Shown piece after piece: positions 10,048 to 19,642 of a stretch of DNA of 64,000 bases. Within the stretch, counting starts at the first letter, position 1. Every line of letters begins with the position of its first letter. The DNA comes from Gammaproteobacteria bacterium (GTDB lineage: Bacteria > Pseudomonadota > Gammaproteobacteria > GRL18): contig JADGEM010000011.1 of assembly GCA_016744375.1 (NCBI GenBank), forward strand, positions 6,409-70,408, in the 5' to 3' direction. A model generated the notes under the pieces. The model saw nothing but the letters and a program-made list of their open reading frames with translations, made no database searches and was not told where the DNA came from. The position numbers and the translations under genes are program-made.

Positions 10048-10398
10048 TCACCGATATGCCAAAAGCAGGTAATTAGTTACCTGGATATTTGAGCAGCATT
10101 TATATAGACACTTAGACAACCTGTTTTCATGAGCACTAGTTTCAACATCAAGAAATACAAAAATAAATGAGGTATAGCTAAATATCTCTATTTCTTGCTA
10201 CATAGGCATCTGTCTTATCTTTTTTCAGTACAATAACACGAGAAAAAGACTCAATGACTGCAATTGATCCATCTGTTAAATTATTAACTACAATAATAAT
10301 ATCAATATTTCTAGTAGTGAGATTGCTGCTTCAAAGCAACTTAATGTTGAAAAAAGTCCCACTTCATCGTTATAAATTGAATTTAAAACTGAGATAGT
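10048..10398 (-). pseudogene. Degenerate GT2 glycosyltransferase N-terminal remnant
   Basis: Three frame-shifted pieces translated by hand: TISVLNSIYNDEVGL / NIDIIIVVNNLTDGSIAVIESFSRVIVLKKDKTDAYVARNRDI* / YTSFIFVFLDVETSAHENRL. They are colinear with the GT2 at 7762-8655 (ITVIIPVYND..LIVVDNGS..SYAARNAGI..FAFIDSD). Confidence 0.7.
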
Positions 10399-10495
10399 TT
10401 GCTAGGCTAGAAACTCAAATACATTAAATATAACTGTTCATTTTTAGGAGGTACTTTTACTCGCCGCTATAAAATAATAACAGAAACACCCTCAA

Positions 10496-11353
10496 TTATA
10501 GTAATATACTATTCCATTCTTTCCACTTTGTTGTATCTAAATTATAATTATGTTTAAGTTCATTAATATCAGTTAATAAATCATTTTTTATTTTTTCCTT
10601 AAGCTCATCATCCAGAACAGAGGACTGTTTTATGTTTTTATTAACATAGCGTCTAAATATTTTATTACCTACCAAGAATTTTTTTATTTTGTTCTTTATT
10701 GGTTCTGGTACGTAGTGTCTAAATTTGAGCAAAAGTTTAAATTTACTCGACAGCATAACATTATATTTCTCATTTTTAGGTTCAAGATATTGATACTGAA
10801 AGTTATTTGATATATTTAAAAAATTACTCACTCGATTAGAAATAGCAATTGGATCTAAAATGAAATCCTCAAATTGTAACAATAAGATACTTTCCTTGCC
10901 GAACCTTTCTGCATATTCATTAATCTGAGCAGTATAAGAAGAATAATGAATTGAGTTCTTAAGTACTTTCTCAGAAATTTTTGCATTTATTATTGTATTC
11001 TCAATCATAGCCGTATGGCCTAACTGTGAGATTATACGGCTAATTGGATCACGCACTATGTATATAAACTTGAAGTTACGAGCAGTCTGCTTCATGTTTT
11101 CTGCAGCATTAGGAAAAACTGGTACCTTCGTATAACTTGTTGATGCTTCTAATGCATATTTATGTATAGAAGAGTCCCAACTCCAGAGCTTTTCATAATA
11201 TCCCATCCCCTTTTCTAATTTTTCTTTTCGTACGAAAAATTCAGGCTCTTTGTCTTTTGCCGGACAAATTTCAGGGTGTTGAGCAATATATTCAAACAAC
11301 GATGTTGTCCCACTTTTCATCGAACCAACAATTATAACAAACTTATTTATCAT
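10496..11353 (-). CDS. PAPS-dependent sulfotransferase
   Basis: 5'-PSB loop GSMKSGTTSL, AQHPEI, KEPEFF, EASTSY and 3'-PB motif VRDPISRIIS. Confidence 0.9.
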   Translation of the reverse strand: MINKFVIIVGSMKSGTTSLFEYIAQHPEICPAKDKEPEFFVRKEKLEKGMGYYEKLWSWDSSIHKYALEASTSYTKVPVFPNAAENMKQTARNFKFIYIVRDPISRIISQLGHTAMIENTIINAKISEKVLKNSIHYSSYTAQINEYAERFGKESILLLQFEDFILDPIAISNRVSNFLNISNNFQYQYLEPKNEKYNVMLSSKFKLLLKFRHYVPEPIKNKIKKFLVGNKIFRRYVNKNIKQSSVLDDELKEKIKNDLLTDINELKHNYNLDTTKWKEWNSILL

Positions 11354-11400
11354 TTTTGCCTCATATAAAAGCTTGCATTTTTACCTCAAATAAAAGCTTG
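11351..11400 (-). repeat. 25-bp tandem duplication of RBS plus start codon, creating a 5-codon uORF (MQAFI*, 11361-11378)
   Basis: Minus strand reads CAAGCTTTTATTTGAGGTAAAAATG CAAGCTTTTATATGAGGCAAAAATG (2 mismatches); the second ATG starts the sulfotransferase. Confidence 0.85.
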
Positions 11401-11432
11401 TCTTGTTAAGAGTTTTTAAAATAGTTTTTATT

Positions 11433-12353
11433 TTATTGAAATAGTTTCCGAATTTCTAATGGTAACCTACTTATAAGAGAAGATGGAAAAAATATAATAA
11501 CCACCAGCTTGACGACAAATAATAGTTTAAAAGGTGTCAAAGTTATTGCATTAAAAGCAATACTACGAGCCACCTTTGTCTGTCCATCCTTCCAATAGGC
11601 TTCAGCTATTCTTACTTGTTGTGCCAAATAAAAAAGTTTATTTTCATCAAATATATTTGCATGTTTTTCCAGTAAAACCTCTCTTGCTTTGATCAAAGAT
11701 TTTAAATTGCTTGTAATACCAACTGTCTCATAATAGTTTACAAGCGGCTTTTGAATAAAACAGAAATCATATTGCTCAGCTAGCCTAGTAAACCAATCTA
11801 AATCAATAAATCTCGGTAATGTTTCATCAAACATGCCTATATTGTCAATGCATTTTTTTCTTACTAAAGAGGTCTGCATTCCTATACCAAACACCTGATA
11901 ATCAAGTGATAATTCTGAAATTACTACCCCCCTGAAAACAACTGGGGATTGCCAAATATATTTTTGTCCTAGTTCATCTATTCGGTTCATATTGCTATAA
12001 CAAACAGCTGTGTTTTCATCACATAATTCCATGATATCAACCTGAGAATCTAACTTATTTGATAACCATTCATCATCACTATCTTGAAAAGCAATATATT
12101 TACCTTGAGCTAATTTAAGTCCATAATTTCGAGCAGCACTCGCACCTTTATTTTCCTGCCAATAATATCTAATATTTTTCTTGTCAAACTGTCTGGAAAT
12201 TATTTCACTCGTATTATCAGTTGACCCATCATCAATAATGATCAACTCAAGGTTATTATATGTTTGTGAAAGTACACTTTGAATCGCTCGACCGATTGTT
12301 TCTGAACGATTATAAGTAGGTAAAATCACAGACACTAATGGATTATTTTTCAC
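11433..12353 (-). CDS. GT2 glycosyltransferase
   Basis: VSVILPTYNR, IIIDDGSTD, ASAARNYG and FQDSDD. Confidence 0.93.
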   Translation of the reverse strand: MKNNPLVSVILPTYNRSETIGRAIQSVLSQTYNNLELIIIDDGSTDNTSEIISRQFDKKNIRYYWQENKGASAARNYGLKLAQGKYIAFQDSDDEWLSNKLDSQVDIMELCDENTAVCYSNMNRIDELGQKYIWQSPVVFRGVVISELSLDYQVFGIGMQTSLVRKKCIDNIGMFDETLPRFIDLDWFTRLAEQYDFCFIQKPLVNYYETVGITSNLKSLIKAREVLLEKHANIFDENKLFYLAQQVRIAEAYWKDGQTKVARSIAFNAITLTPFKLLFVVKLVVIIFFPSSLISRLPLEIRKLFQ

Positions 12354-13233
12354 TTTTTACACCCTGAAAATCAAAAATAACTTTCCAAAATGCAACTAAA
12401 GGATCCCATTTTTGGTAACGCCATGCTCTAACCATTGCTCTAATCAAAAAATAAATAAAATGTGCCTGAATAAATAATATTTTTTCAAATAAATTAGTTG
12501 ATATCTTTTCACTAAGCAGCCAATGCCCTCTAGCGACATGGAATTCATAAAAATATTCTCCTTGTTTAGAAGAAGCCGTACCTTCATGAAAAATAGTCAC
12601 TTCATCAGCACAGCAGATTTCTTTACCCATATTTTTTGCACGCCAGTTTAATTCAATATCTTCACCATACATAAAAAAATCTTCATCAAAAATATGCCCT
12701 TTAGAGTTTACTAATACTTTATCAACCAATAAACAACATCCCGTAAGATAAGGCTCAGCATTTTTATTGGGTGCACTTCTTACGTGCCCCAAATATTTAT
12801 TATACCCTCGAAAAGAAACAAGTTCCCCTCCCCAATTAATACGAGGGGATACTAATGCTATATTTTCATTCAATGAACATCTTTTAACCAACGTTTCAAT
12901 AGTTTTAGGAATCAGTATCGCGTCATTGTTCAATAATAAATAGTAACTGTGCCCTTCAGTTTTTTCTATATCTTTTTCAACAGCGGCATTGATTCCCGCC
13001 CCAAACCCTAAATTTTTTTCATTAACCAAAACTTCTACTTTAAAAGAAACTTCTTGCGACATAAGTATATCTTTTATGGATTGAGTTAATAATGCTTCTG
13101 CCTTGTCGCCTGAATTATCTACAATGTAAAGCGTGTCAAACTGCTGGCCAATTAATGACTCGATACATTTAAGCGTAATATTGAAATCAAAATAATTGAG
13201 AACAATAACACATGTAGTCACTTTACCTGACAT
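12343..13233 (-). CDS. GT2 glycosyltransferase (rhamnosyltransferase-like subgroup)
   Basis: VIVLNY, NLGFGAGIN, LLLNNDA, GCCLLV and FFMYGEDIE. Confidence 0.88.
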   Translation of the reverse strand: MSGKVTTCVIVLNYFDFNITLKCIESLIGQQFDTLYIVDNSGDKAEALLTQSIKDILMSQEVSFKVEVLVNEKNLGFGAGINAAVEKDIEKTEGHSYYLLLNNDAILIPKTIETLVKRCSLNENIALVSPRINWGGELVSFRGYNKYLGHVRSAPNKNAEPYLTGCCLLVDKVLVNSKGHIFDEDFFMYGEDIELNWRAKNMGKEICCADEVTIFHEGTASSKQGEYFYEFHVARGHWLLSEKISTNLFEKILFIQAHFIYFLIRAMVRAWRYQKWDPLVAFWKVIFDFQGVKSEK

Positions 13234-14240
13234 TTTGTATCCAAATTCATTTGTTTAAACAAACCAATATAGTTATCTACCATTCTGTCAACCGAAAAAT
13301 ATTTATTTGCATCCAGATGTGCATTTTCACCCATTAACTCAAGATGCTCTCTATCCTTATCAAGTGCCTTTATAGAATGAACAAAACAATTAATATCATC
13401 CAATTGACACAGTTTACCATTGTAATTATTACGTATTACTTCAGGTAAGGATGACGTGTTGTGGCTGATAACGGGTGTGCCACAAGCCATTGCTTCCATA
13501 ACAGATAATGGCAAGCCTTCTAAACGAGTCGGAAACAGAATTAAATCAGCTTTTCTATATTGTTCTCGCACCTCTTCATGATTCATTTTCCCTAAAGGGA
13601 TCATATTAGTGTGCATTGCGGGGGAACCTTTTACTCGAAGACCGCTGGTATAGAAAAGCTTATACTTATTACCTAGCTTTTCCATAATTTGTGGTAACAA
13701 GTCGGCACCTTTTCGTTGACTAAAATTACCTACAAATAAAAGCCTAAAAATATCATCTCTATTTTCAGCAGGAAACATAGGGGTAAAAAAAACAGTATCG
13801 ATGCCATTTAAAATAACTTCTGGGAAATCACCATTAATACAATGATGGTAAGCCTTTGCGGTTGATTGACTTACAGACACAATTAGATCTGCCGATATTT
13901 GAGACTTATTCTCAAACAATTTGACTAAAGTATTGTGAAAAATTGATTGAGCAAAAGACTTATAAGGCTTAAGCAAAGGATCTAAAACAAATAGGTGCTG
14001 TACTGCGATAAGCTTTGCCCCTTTTCGTTTAAAAGCAAAGCCATTCCAGGTATTTGTCAAGATAATATCAACATTTTGAGGTGACCGAATAAACTTGAGC
14101 GGCCAAGGAAAGTATTGCAGAAAATGAGGGTATTGACTGACAACAACCTCAACTCCTTGCCGTTCTAGTCCAGAAGCCAAAGTTTTTGTAAAGGTATCTG
14201 TACCACTACCAGTTTTAATATAGGGCAACCACACCTTCAT
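13218..14240 (-). CDS. GT4 glycosyltransferase
   Basis: LFVGNFSQRKG and FPTRLEGLPLSVMEAMACG (EX7E). Confidence 0.93.
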   Translation of the reverse strand: MKVWLPYIKTGSGTDTFTKTLASGLERQGVEVVVSQYPHFLQYFPWPLKFIRSPQNVDIILTNTWNGFAFKRKGAKLIAVQHLFVLDPLLKPYKSFAQSIFHNTLVKLFENKSQISADLIVSVSQSTAKAYHHCINGDFPEVILNGIDTVFFTPMFPAENRDDIFRLLFVGNFSQRKGADLLPQIMEKLGNKYKLFYTSGLRVKGSPAMHTNMIPLGKMNHEEVREQYRKADLILFPTRLEGLPLSVMEAMACGTPVISHNTSSLPEVIRNNYNGKLCQLDDINCFVHSIKALDKDREHLELMGENAHLDANKYFSVDRMVDNYIGLFKQMNLDTKCQVK

Positions 14241-14262
14241 CTAAAGACTCATAAACCTAAGT

Positions 14263-15333
14263 TTAATTAAGACTGGAATAAACATTTTTGGTCTCCTTTG
14301 CCACACGTTCCCATGAAAAATGATTCTGAAGTGAAGTAAATGCATTTTTAGCAAAGCTTTCTCTTTCATCATCAGACCATTCAAGTATTTTATTTATTTG
14401 CTTTAACCAATCAGTGACGTCTAACGTTTTTACCAAAAAGCCAGATTGCCCAGTAATAACAGCATCTGCTATCCCTTCAATATTTGATGCAATCAATGGG
14501 CTACCGGATGCTGATGCTTCTAAAGCAACAAGACCGAAACCTTCAACATCAGTATCACCTTGACTAGGAATATTTGGCATAATAATTATAGATGCTCTTT
14601 TTTTAAGATATTCTAACTCACTATCTTCAATAAAACCTAACATTTCAACTTGCTTGCTTTGACATAATACTTTTTCTTCATCAGCATCCCAGACTTTTCC
14701 AACAACCTTTAAAATAATACCATAGGGAAGTTTGGGTAAAATATTGGATACAAACCAAGCAGCGCCCTTTCTTTTTACCAAGCGGCCAACAAATAAAATA
14801 TATTTATTTTTATCAGCTGGATGAAAGTCTTTATTTTTTAGCCTGACACCAAGTGGTATCGCAATTGATTTTCCTAGTCCCATTTTGTCAACCAAATGAG
14901 AAGTATTATGGCTGTTGGTTATAATCATATCTACAGCATTAATACGTCTTTGACACCACTTGATGAATCTGCTGTAAATAAAGGGGGAAAGTCCTTTTCT
15001 GTTGCCATAAATAATGTCTAAACCATGCACTGTAATAACGCGCTTTCCATCAGGATAAAATTTTGAATGAACCCATGCTAATGGAAATAATACAAAATCA
15101 CCAAAATGGATGGCGTCATAATCTTTTCGGTGGCGAAACAAATAATATATTGATGTAATTAAAAAAGAAAGAAGTGCAAAGATCTTAGGTGGTTTTCCAT
15201 TGTTTTGCCCAGGAAGGTTACGTACAGTTAAATTAACACCTTGTTCCTTTAAAGCACGACATAACTCTATGCTATACGTTTCCATACCACCAATGGCCGG
15301 AGACCATTTCCGAGTAATAAATAGTATTTTCAT
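14263..15333 (-). CDS. GT4 glycosyltransferase
   Basis: GGMETY, FVGRLVKRKG and EGFGLVALEASASG. Confidence 0.92.
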   Translation of the reverse strand: MKILFITRKWSPAIGGMETYSIELCRALKEQGVNLTVRNLPGQNNGKPPKIFALLSFLITSIYYLFRHRKDYDAIHFGDFVLFPLAWVHSKFYPDGKRVITVHGLDIIYGNRKGLSPFIYSRFIKWCQRRINAVDMIITNSHNTSHLVDKMGLGKSIAIPLGVRLKNKDFHPADKNKYILFVGRLVKRKGAAWFVSNILPKLPYGIILKVVGKVWDADEEKVLCQSKQVEMLGFIEDSELEYLKKRASIIIMPNIPSQGDTDVEGFGLVALEASASGSPLIASNIEGIADAVITGQSGFLVKTLDVTDWLKQINKILEWSDDERESFAKNAFTSLQNHFSWERVAKETKNVYSSLN

Positions 15334-15359
15334 CTAATTAGTATATCATCAGCACATTA

Positions 15360-16310
15360 TTATTTTGCAGGTTTTTCTAGCTCTAATCGCTTTACTTTTT
15401 CTAAATTCATTTCCAGTAGCTGCCTATTAAATGATATCAAGTCAGCAATCAAACCGCCTAGAAAAGCAACAAATCCCATCAGAATCAGAACACCGCTTAA
15501 CACTAAAGACTGTAAGTGACCAGCACCGCCAGTCGTAAAGTAAAAATATAAAAAACGGACAATCGGAACTAAACCAGCCAATGTTAAAAGACTACCCATA
15601 ATAAAAAAGACTTTCAAAGGCTGATACATGGCATACATACGAACAATCGTTGTCACCTGGCGCGTAATGAAACTCGGTATACTCTTAAACAGACGTGATT
15701 CACGCGTTTTTTCATTGGTTTCAACTGGTACAGAGATGATCTTCATATCTCTTTTTCCTGCCTGAATCACCATTTCAATTGTATAGCTGAAAGATGAAAG
15801 AACATTAAGTTTAATCGCTGACTCACGAGAAATAGCTCGGAATCCACTCACAGTGTCAGGCACCCAGATCCCTGCGAGTTTACGGACTATGCCGCTGCCA
15901 AACCATTGCATGAACTTTTTACCCTTAGAAAAATGGGCAATTTTATGGGTTTCGCGATCACCAATAACAATATCTGCTTTATCTTCCAGCACTGGTTTAA
16001 CCAATTTTGCTATATCCCAGCCCGCATATTGGTTATCACCATCGGTATTCACGATGATATCGGCACCCTGGCGCAAGCATTCATCAATACCCCGTCGGAA
16101 ACTTCGTGCTAACCCCATGTTTCTTTTATTAATAACAATATGATCAACACCCAGCTCTTGTGCCACCTCAATAGTTCTGTCAGTGCTGCCATCATCAATA
16201 ATGAGCACTTCCACCTTATCAATGCCTTCGATTATTTTTGGAATATCAGCGTAAGTCTGAGGCAGGGTTTGCTCTTCGTTATAACAGGGAATCTGAACAA
16301 TGAGTTTCAT
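15360..16310 (-). CDS. GT2 glycosyltransferase, polyprenyl-phosphate sugar synthase (DPM1/GtrB)-like
   Basis: IPCYNEE, IIDDGSTD, NTDGDNQY and DTVSGFRA, plus two C-terminal TM helices. Confidence 0.88.
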   Translation of the reverse strand: MKLIVQIPCYNEEQTLPQTYADIPKIIEGIDKVEVLIIDDGSTDRTIEVAQELGVDHIVINKRNMGLARSFRRGIDECLRQGADIIVNTDGDNQYAGWDIAKLVKPVLEDKADIVIGDRETHKIAHFSKGKKFMQWFGSGIVRKLAGIWVPDTVSGFRAISRESAIKLNVLSSFSYTIEMVIQAGKRDMKIISVPVETNEKTRESRLFKSIPSFITRQVTTIVRMYAMYQPLKVFFIMGSLLTLAGLVPIVRFLYFYFTTGGAGHLQSLVLSGVLILMGFVAFLGGLIADLISFNRQLLEMNLEKVKRLELEKPAK

Positions 16311-16710
16311 AAATGTACTCTAATCAAAATGGATAATTTTTGTGCCCGTAACCTCTTCTTTATCTTAAAAAAGAGTTCCGAGGCGGTTGCATATGGAGAA
16401 CAACCCACTAATTTAATTGTATTCCATAATACTTATAAATCAACAGACCTATAATATACTGTTTTTCAAGTTTAATTTATCATACTATTCCTACATACAA
16501 AGCTTATTTAATACAATATCCTAGACCTTCATTTTTCAGCTTCCATCCCCTCCAGTAGTCAGTACTTTGTTGGTGAGATTGAATTTAGTAGTAAATAATG
16601 ATACTACCTAAAACTTATACATTGGAGAAGAATTAAACACAGCACCTCCCAATGATATCTAAACAGCTTAAAAAAAACTGATAACATTATAATTTTAAAC
16701 AGGATTTTAC

Positions 16711-18258
16711 TTGCTTTTTAATTCATATATTTTTATATTTATCTTTATGCCTGCAACTCTTATTGTGTATTACGCGATTGGCAGACAAGGTCATTATAGA
16801 ATTGCAATGTCATGGTTAGTAGGTTCTTCTCTCTTTTTTTACGCCTGGTGGAATCCAGCCTATTTAGGTCTGATTTTAGCTTCAATCTTATTTAATTATG
16901 CACTTGGCATCCGATTAGCTAGTATTAAAGGTCTTTCCAGAAAGAAGCTCTTGTTAACAATAGGTATTTCCTTTAATTTAGGATTAATTGGCTACTATAA
17001 ATATGCTAATTTTTTTATAGACAACCTAAATTTATTATCTGGCTTTAATGTTCAGATTCAAACAATTATTCTTCCCCTGGCAATTTCTTTTTTTACCTTC
17101 CAACAAATTGCTTATTTAATGGACGCCTATAAAGGGGAGGCAAAGGAATACAACTTTCTGCATTATTGTCTTTTTGTCACCTTCTTTCCACAACTCATCG
17201 CAGGACCAATTGTTCATCATAAAGAAATGCTCCCTCAATTTTGCAAAGATAAAACCTATCAATTTAACCCGTCAAACTTATCAATTGGCTTATCAATTTT
17301 TTTTATAGGGTTATTCAAAAAAGTTGTTATTGCAGACAATTTATCATTAATTGCTAATCCTATATTTCTTGAAGCAGAGCATAGTAATACACTAGCTTTT
17401 GTCGAAGCCTGGCAAGGTGTGTTTGCATATACTTTTCAGTTATACTTTGACTTTTCAGGTTATTCAGATATGGCTATTGGTTTAGCCAGGATGTTTGGTA
17501 TTTTACTACCTTTGAATTTTGCTTCTCCCTATCAAGCAACAAGTATTATTGACTTTTGGCGTCGTTGGCACATTACTTTATCTCGATTCTTAAAAGACTA
17601 TTTATATATACCCCTGGGGGGAAATAGAAAAGGCCCTATAAGGCGATATTTAAATCTTATAATGACAATGATACTAGGCGGCCTTTGGCATGGAGCTGGA
17701 TGGACATTTATTATTTGGGGCACTTTACACGGTTTTTATCTAGCCATTAATCAAATTTGGAGAATGTTTTGGAAAAATCCAATTAATTCATGGTGGTCAA
17801 TTGGCATTGCAAGGTTACTCACTCTATTTTTTGTCATGGTAGGCTGGGTGTTTTTTAAAGCAGAGACAATAACTGGAGCAATGAATATATTTAAAGGTAT
17901 GATGAATTTGCCTCATACATTCTCAGGGCGTCTTGGATATTTTGAAATATTTATTCAAGAGCTTGGTTTTAAATTTAATGGCCCCTGGATTTCACAACAA
18001 GATATTAACTTGATTTACTGGTTATTCTTCTTTATTGTTATTTTATGGTTTATGCCCAATACTCAACAAATATTTTATAGATACACATCGGCCTATAACT
18101 ATAAAATCGAGAATCATCAACCTGCTCTTTCTCAACGTATTTTTCCACAATTGTATTGGAAACCAACAATAAAATGGGGTATCTTTATTGGCATCGTGGG
18201 AGCAATAGCTTTGATGAGTCTTTCGCAGGTTTCAGAATTTCTTTATTTCCAATTTTAA
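16711..18258 (+). CDS. MBOAT-family O-acyltransferase (AlgI/DltB/PatA-like)
   Basis: LPLAISFFTFQQIAY, FPQLIAGPI, DFSGYSDMAIG, FWRRWHITLS and GLWHGAGW; TTG start. Confidence 0.95.
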   Translation: MLFNSYIFIFIFMPATLIVYYAIGRQGHYRIAMSWLVGSSLFFYAWWNPAYLGLILASILFNYALGIRLASIKGLSRKKLLLTIGISFNLGLIGYYKYANFFIDNLNLLSGFNVQIQTIILPLAISFFTFQQIAYLMDAYKGEAKEYNFLHYCLFVTFFPQLIAGPIVHHKEMLPQFCKDKTYQFNPSNLSIGLSIFFIGLFKKVVIADNLSLIANPIFLEAEHSNTLAFVEAWQGVFAYTFQLYFDFSGYSDMAIGLARMFGILLPLNFASPYQATSIIDFWRRWHITLSRFLKDYLYIPLGGNRKGPIRRYLNLIMTMILGGLWHGAGWTFIIWGTLHGFYLAINQIWRMFWKNPINSWWSIGIARLLTLFFVMVGWVFFKAETITGAMNIFKGMMNLPHTFSGRLGYFEIFIQELGFKFNGPWISQQDINLIYWLFFFIVILWFMPNTQQIFYRYTSAYNYKIENHQPALSQRIFPQLYWKPTIKWGIFIGIVGAIALMSLSQVSEFLYFQF

Positions 18259-18259
18259 A

Positions 18260-19261
18260 ATGATTATCAATAGTTATAACTTATATATTAAGAGTGTTTT
18301 TATTTCATTAAGCTTGCTCTGCAGCCCCTTGTTACTATTAAATGTCCTGGTTGATCCTTTATGGCATTTTTATGGCAACATACTAACAAATCAAAATTTT
18401 GCATTTAATGAAAGAGAGTCGAAATTAAACTTATTCTTTCAGAACCCTGAAAAATATGATTGTTATATTTTTGGCAGCTCAAGAACCACTTTGTTAAATT
18501 CCAAAGAAATAGAAGGTTATAACTGCTTTAATTTTTCTTTTTCTAGCGGCAAAGTCGGTGAATTCCTTGCTTATGCACAATATCTAGAAAAAAAGAATTA
18601 TTACCCAAAACTTATCATCGTGGGTGTTGATGGTGAGAACTTTTTTTCCAGTAAACTAAGTGAAAGCATTCCTGGATTTATAAAAAACAATAAAAGTCCA
18701 AACAATTTTCTGAAAGATTACCTTTCAATTGATTCTTTCATTTTTTCATATAGGACCTTATTTGGACATTCCCCTCTAACCCGATATTACGATAAGCAAT
18801 TTACAGCCAAAATCCTACACGATGCACCCAAATATAACCCCAAAAAAAATACCTCAAAAAAAGCCACACAAACTCGACACAAATTGCACACTAGCTTCAT
18901 CCCAGGTAATTTTGAATTTTATAATAAAATAAAAGAAACATACCCCAAGTCTAAATTTATTTTTTATGTTCCCCCTATCAGCAAATGGCGAATTGAACAG
19001 AAATCAAAAAATGGAAGACTTGATGACTATATCAAAGCTATTTATTCGATTAGCAAACTCAAAAGCCCTGTTTATGATTTTTCTATTCCATCAAAATACA
19101 CTTCTTCATTAAACAATACCTATGATGGTTCACATTTTAACGCTAAAACAAATTCATTAATAACTAAATCAATTAATACAGGAAAAGCACAATTTGGGGA
19201 AAGAATTGATAGAATTGAATACATTCAATATAAAAATCACTTTATCAATACATTAAAGTAA
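18260..19261 (+). CDS. Membrane-anchored SGNH-like periplasmic partner of the MBOAT (AlgJ/DltD-like)
   Basis: N-terminal TM then VDPL, IFGSSRT (Ser nucleophile-like) and DGSH (DxxH); 1 bp after the MBOAT stop. Confidence 0.65.
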   Translation: MIINSYNLYIKSVFISLSLLCSPLLLLNVLVDPLWHFYGNILTNQNFAFNERESKLNLFFQNPEKYDCYIFGSSRTTLLNSKEIEGYNCFNFSFSSGKVGEFLAYAQYLEKKNYYPKLIIVGVDGENFFSSKLSESIPGFIKNNKSPNNFLKDYLSIDSFIFSYRTLFGHSPLTRYYDKQFTAKILHDAPKYNPKKNTSKKATQTRHKLHTSFIPGNFEFYNKIKETYPKSKFIFYVPPISKWRIEQKSKNGRLDDYIKAIYSISKLKSPVYDFSIPSKYTSSLNNTYDGSHFNAKTNSLITKSINTGKAQFGERIDRIEYIQYKNHFINTLK

Positions 19262-19642
19262 AACCATTGTCATCGCAAAAATGAACATTCAGCAATCCTT
19301 TTCCCTCAATCTCATTAAAGACCTGATGATAGCGTTTTTTGGAAAAGTGTCTTTCCAGTGAACTTGGGTGCAAATTATTTAACATCATTAGATATTGTGT
19401 AGACTAGCCGTCGACTAAACAAAGCATATGAATTACAGTAGCACTTTAAATAGTCCATTTAATCATTAGTTTGTATATTTTTTCCTACAACAAATAGCAT
19501 ATAAATAGATTATTATATCCCGACTTAAAAAAGCCATAACATCACAGGATGTCAATTTTCATGAATTTTGGCAATACACCTTAAAAAGCGAATATATCCT
19601 GTATAGTATATCACCAACCATTTCTGATAAAGGTATAGAATT

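Noticed and set aside
16382-16390. ops/JUMPStart-like GGCGGTTGC
   Set aside because: It mismatches the invariant GGCGGTAG core, lacks JUMPStart context and is far from the next same-strand gene.
19245-19388. 47-aa minus-strand ORF (MMLNNLHPSSLERHF...)
   Set aside because: No SD, no recognisable family, and it overlaps the end of the SGNH-like gene; cannot be distinguished from chance.
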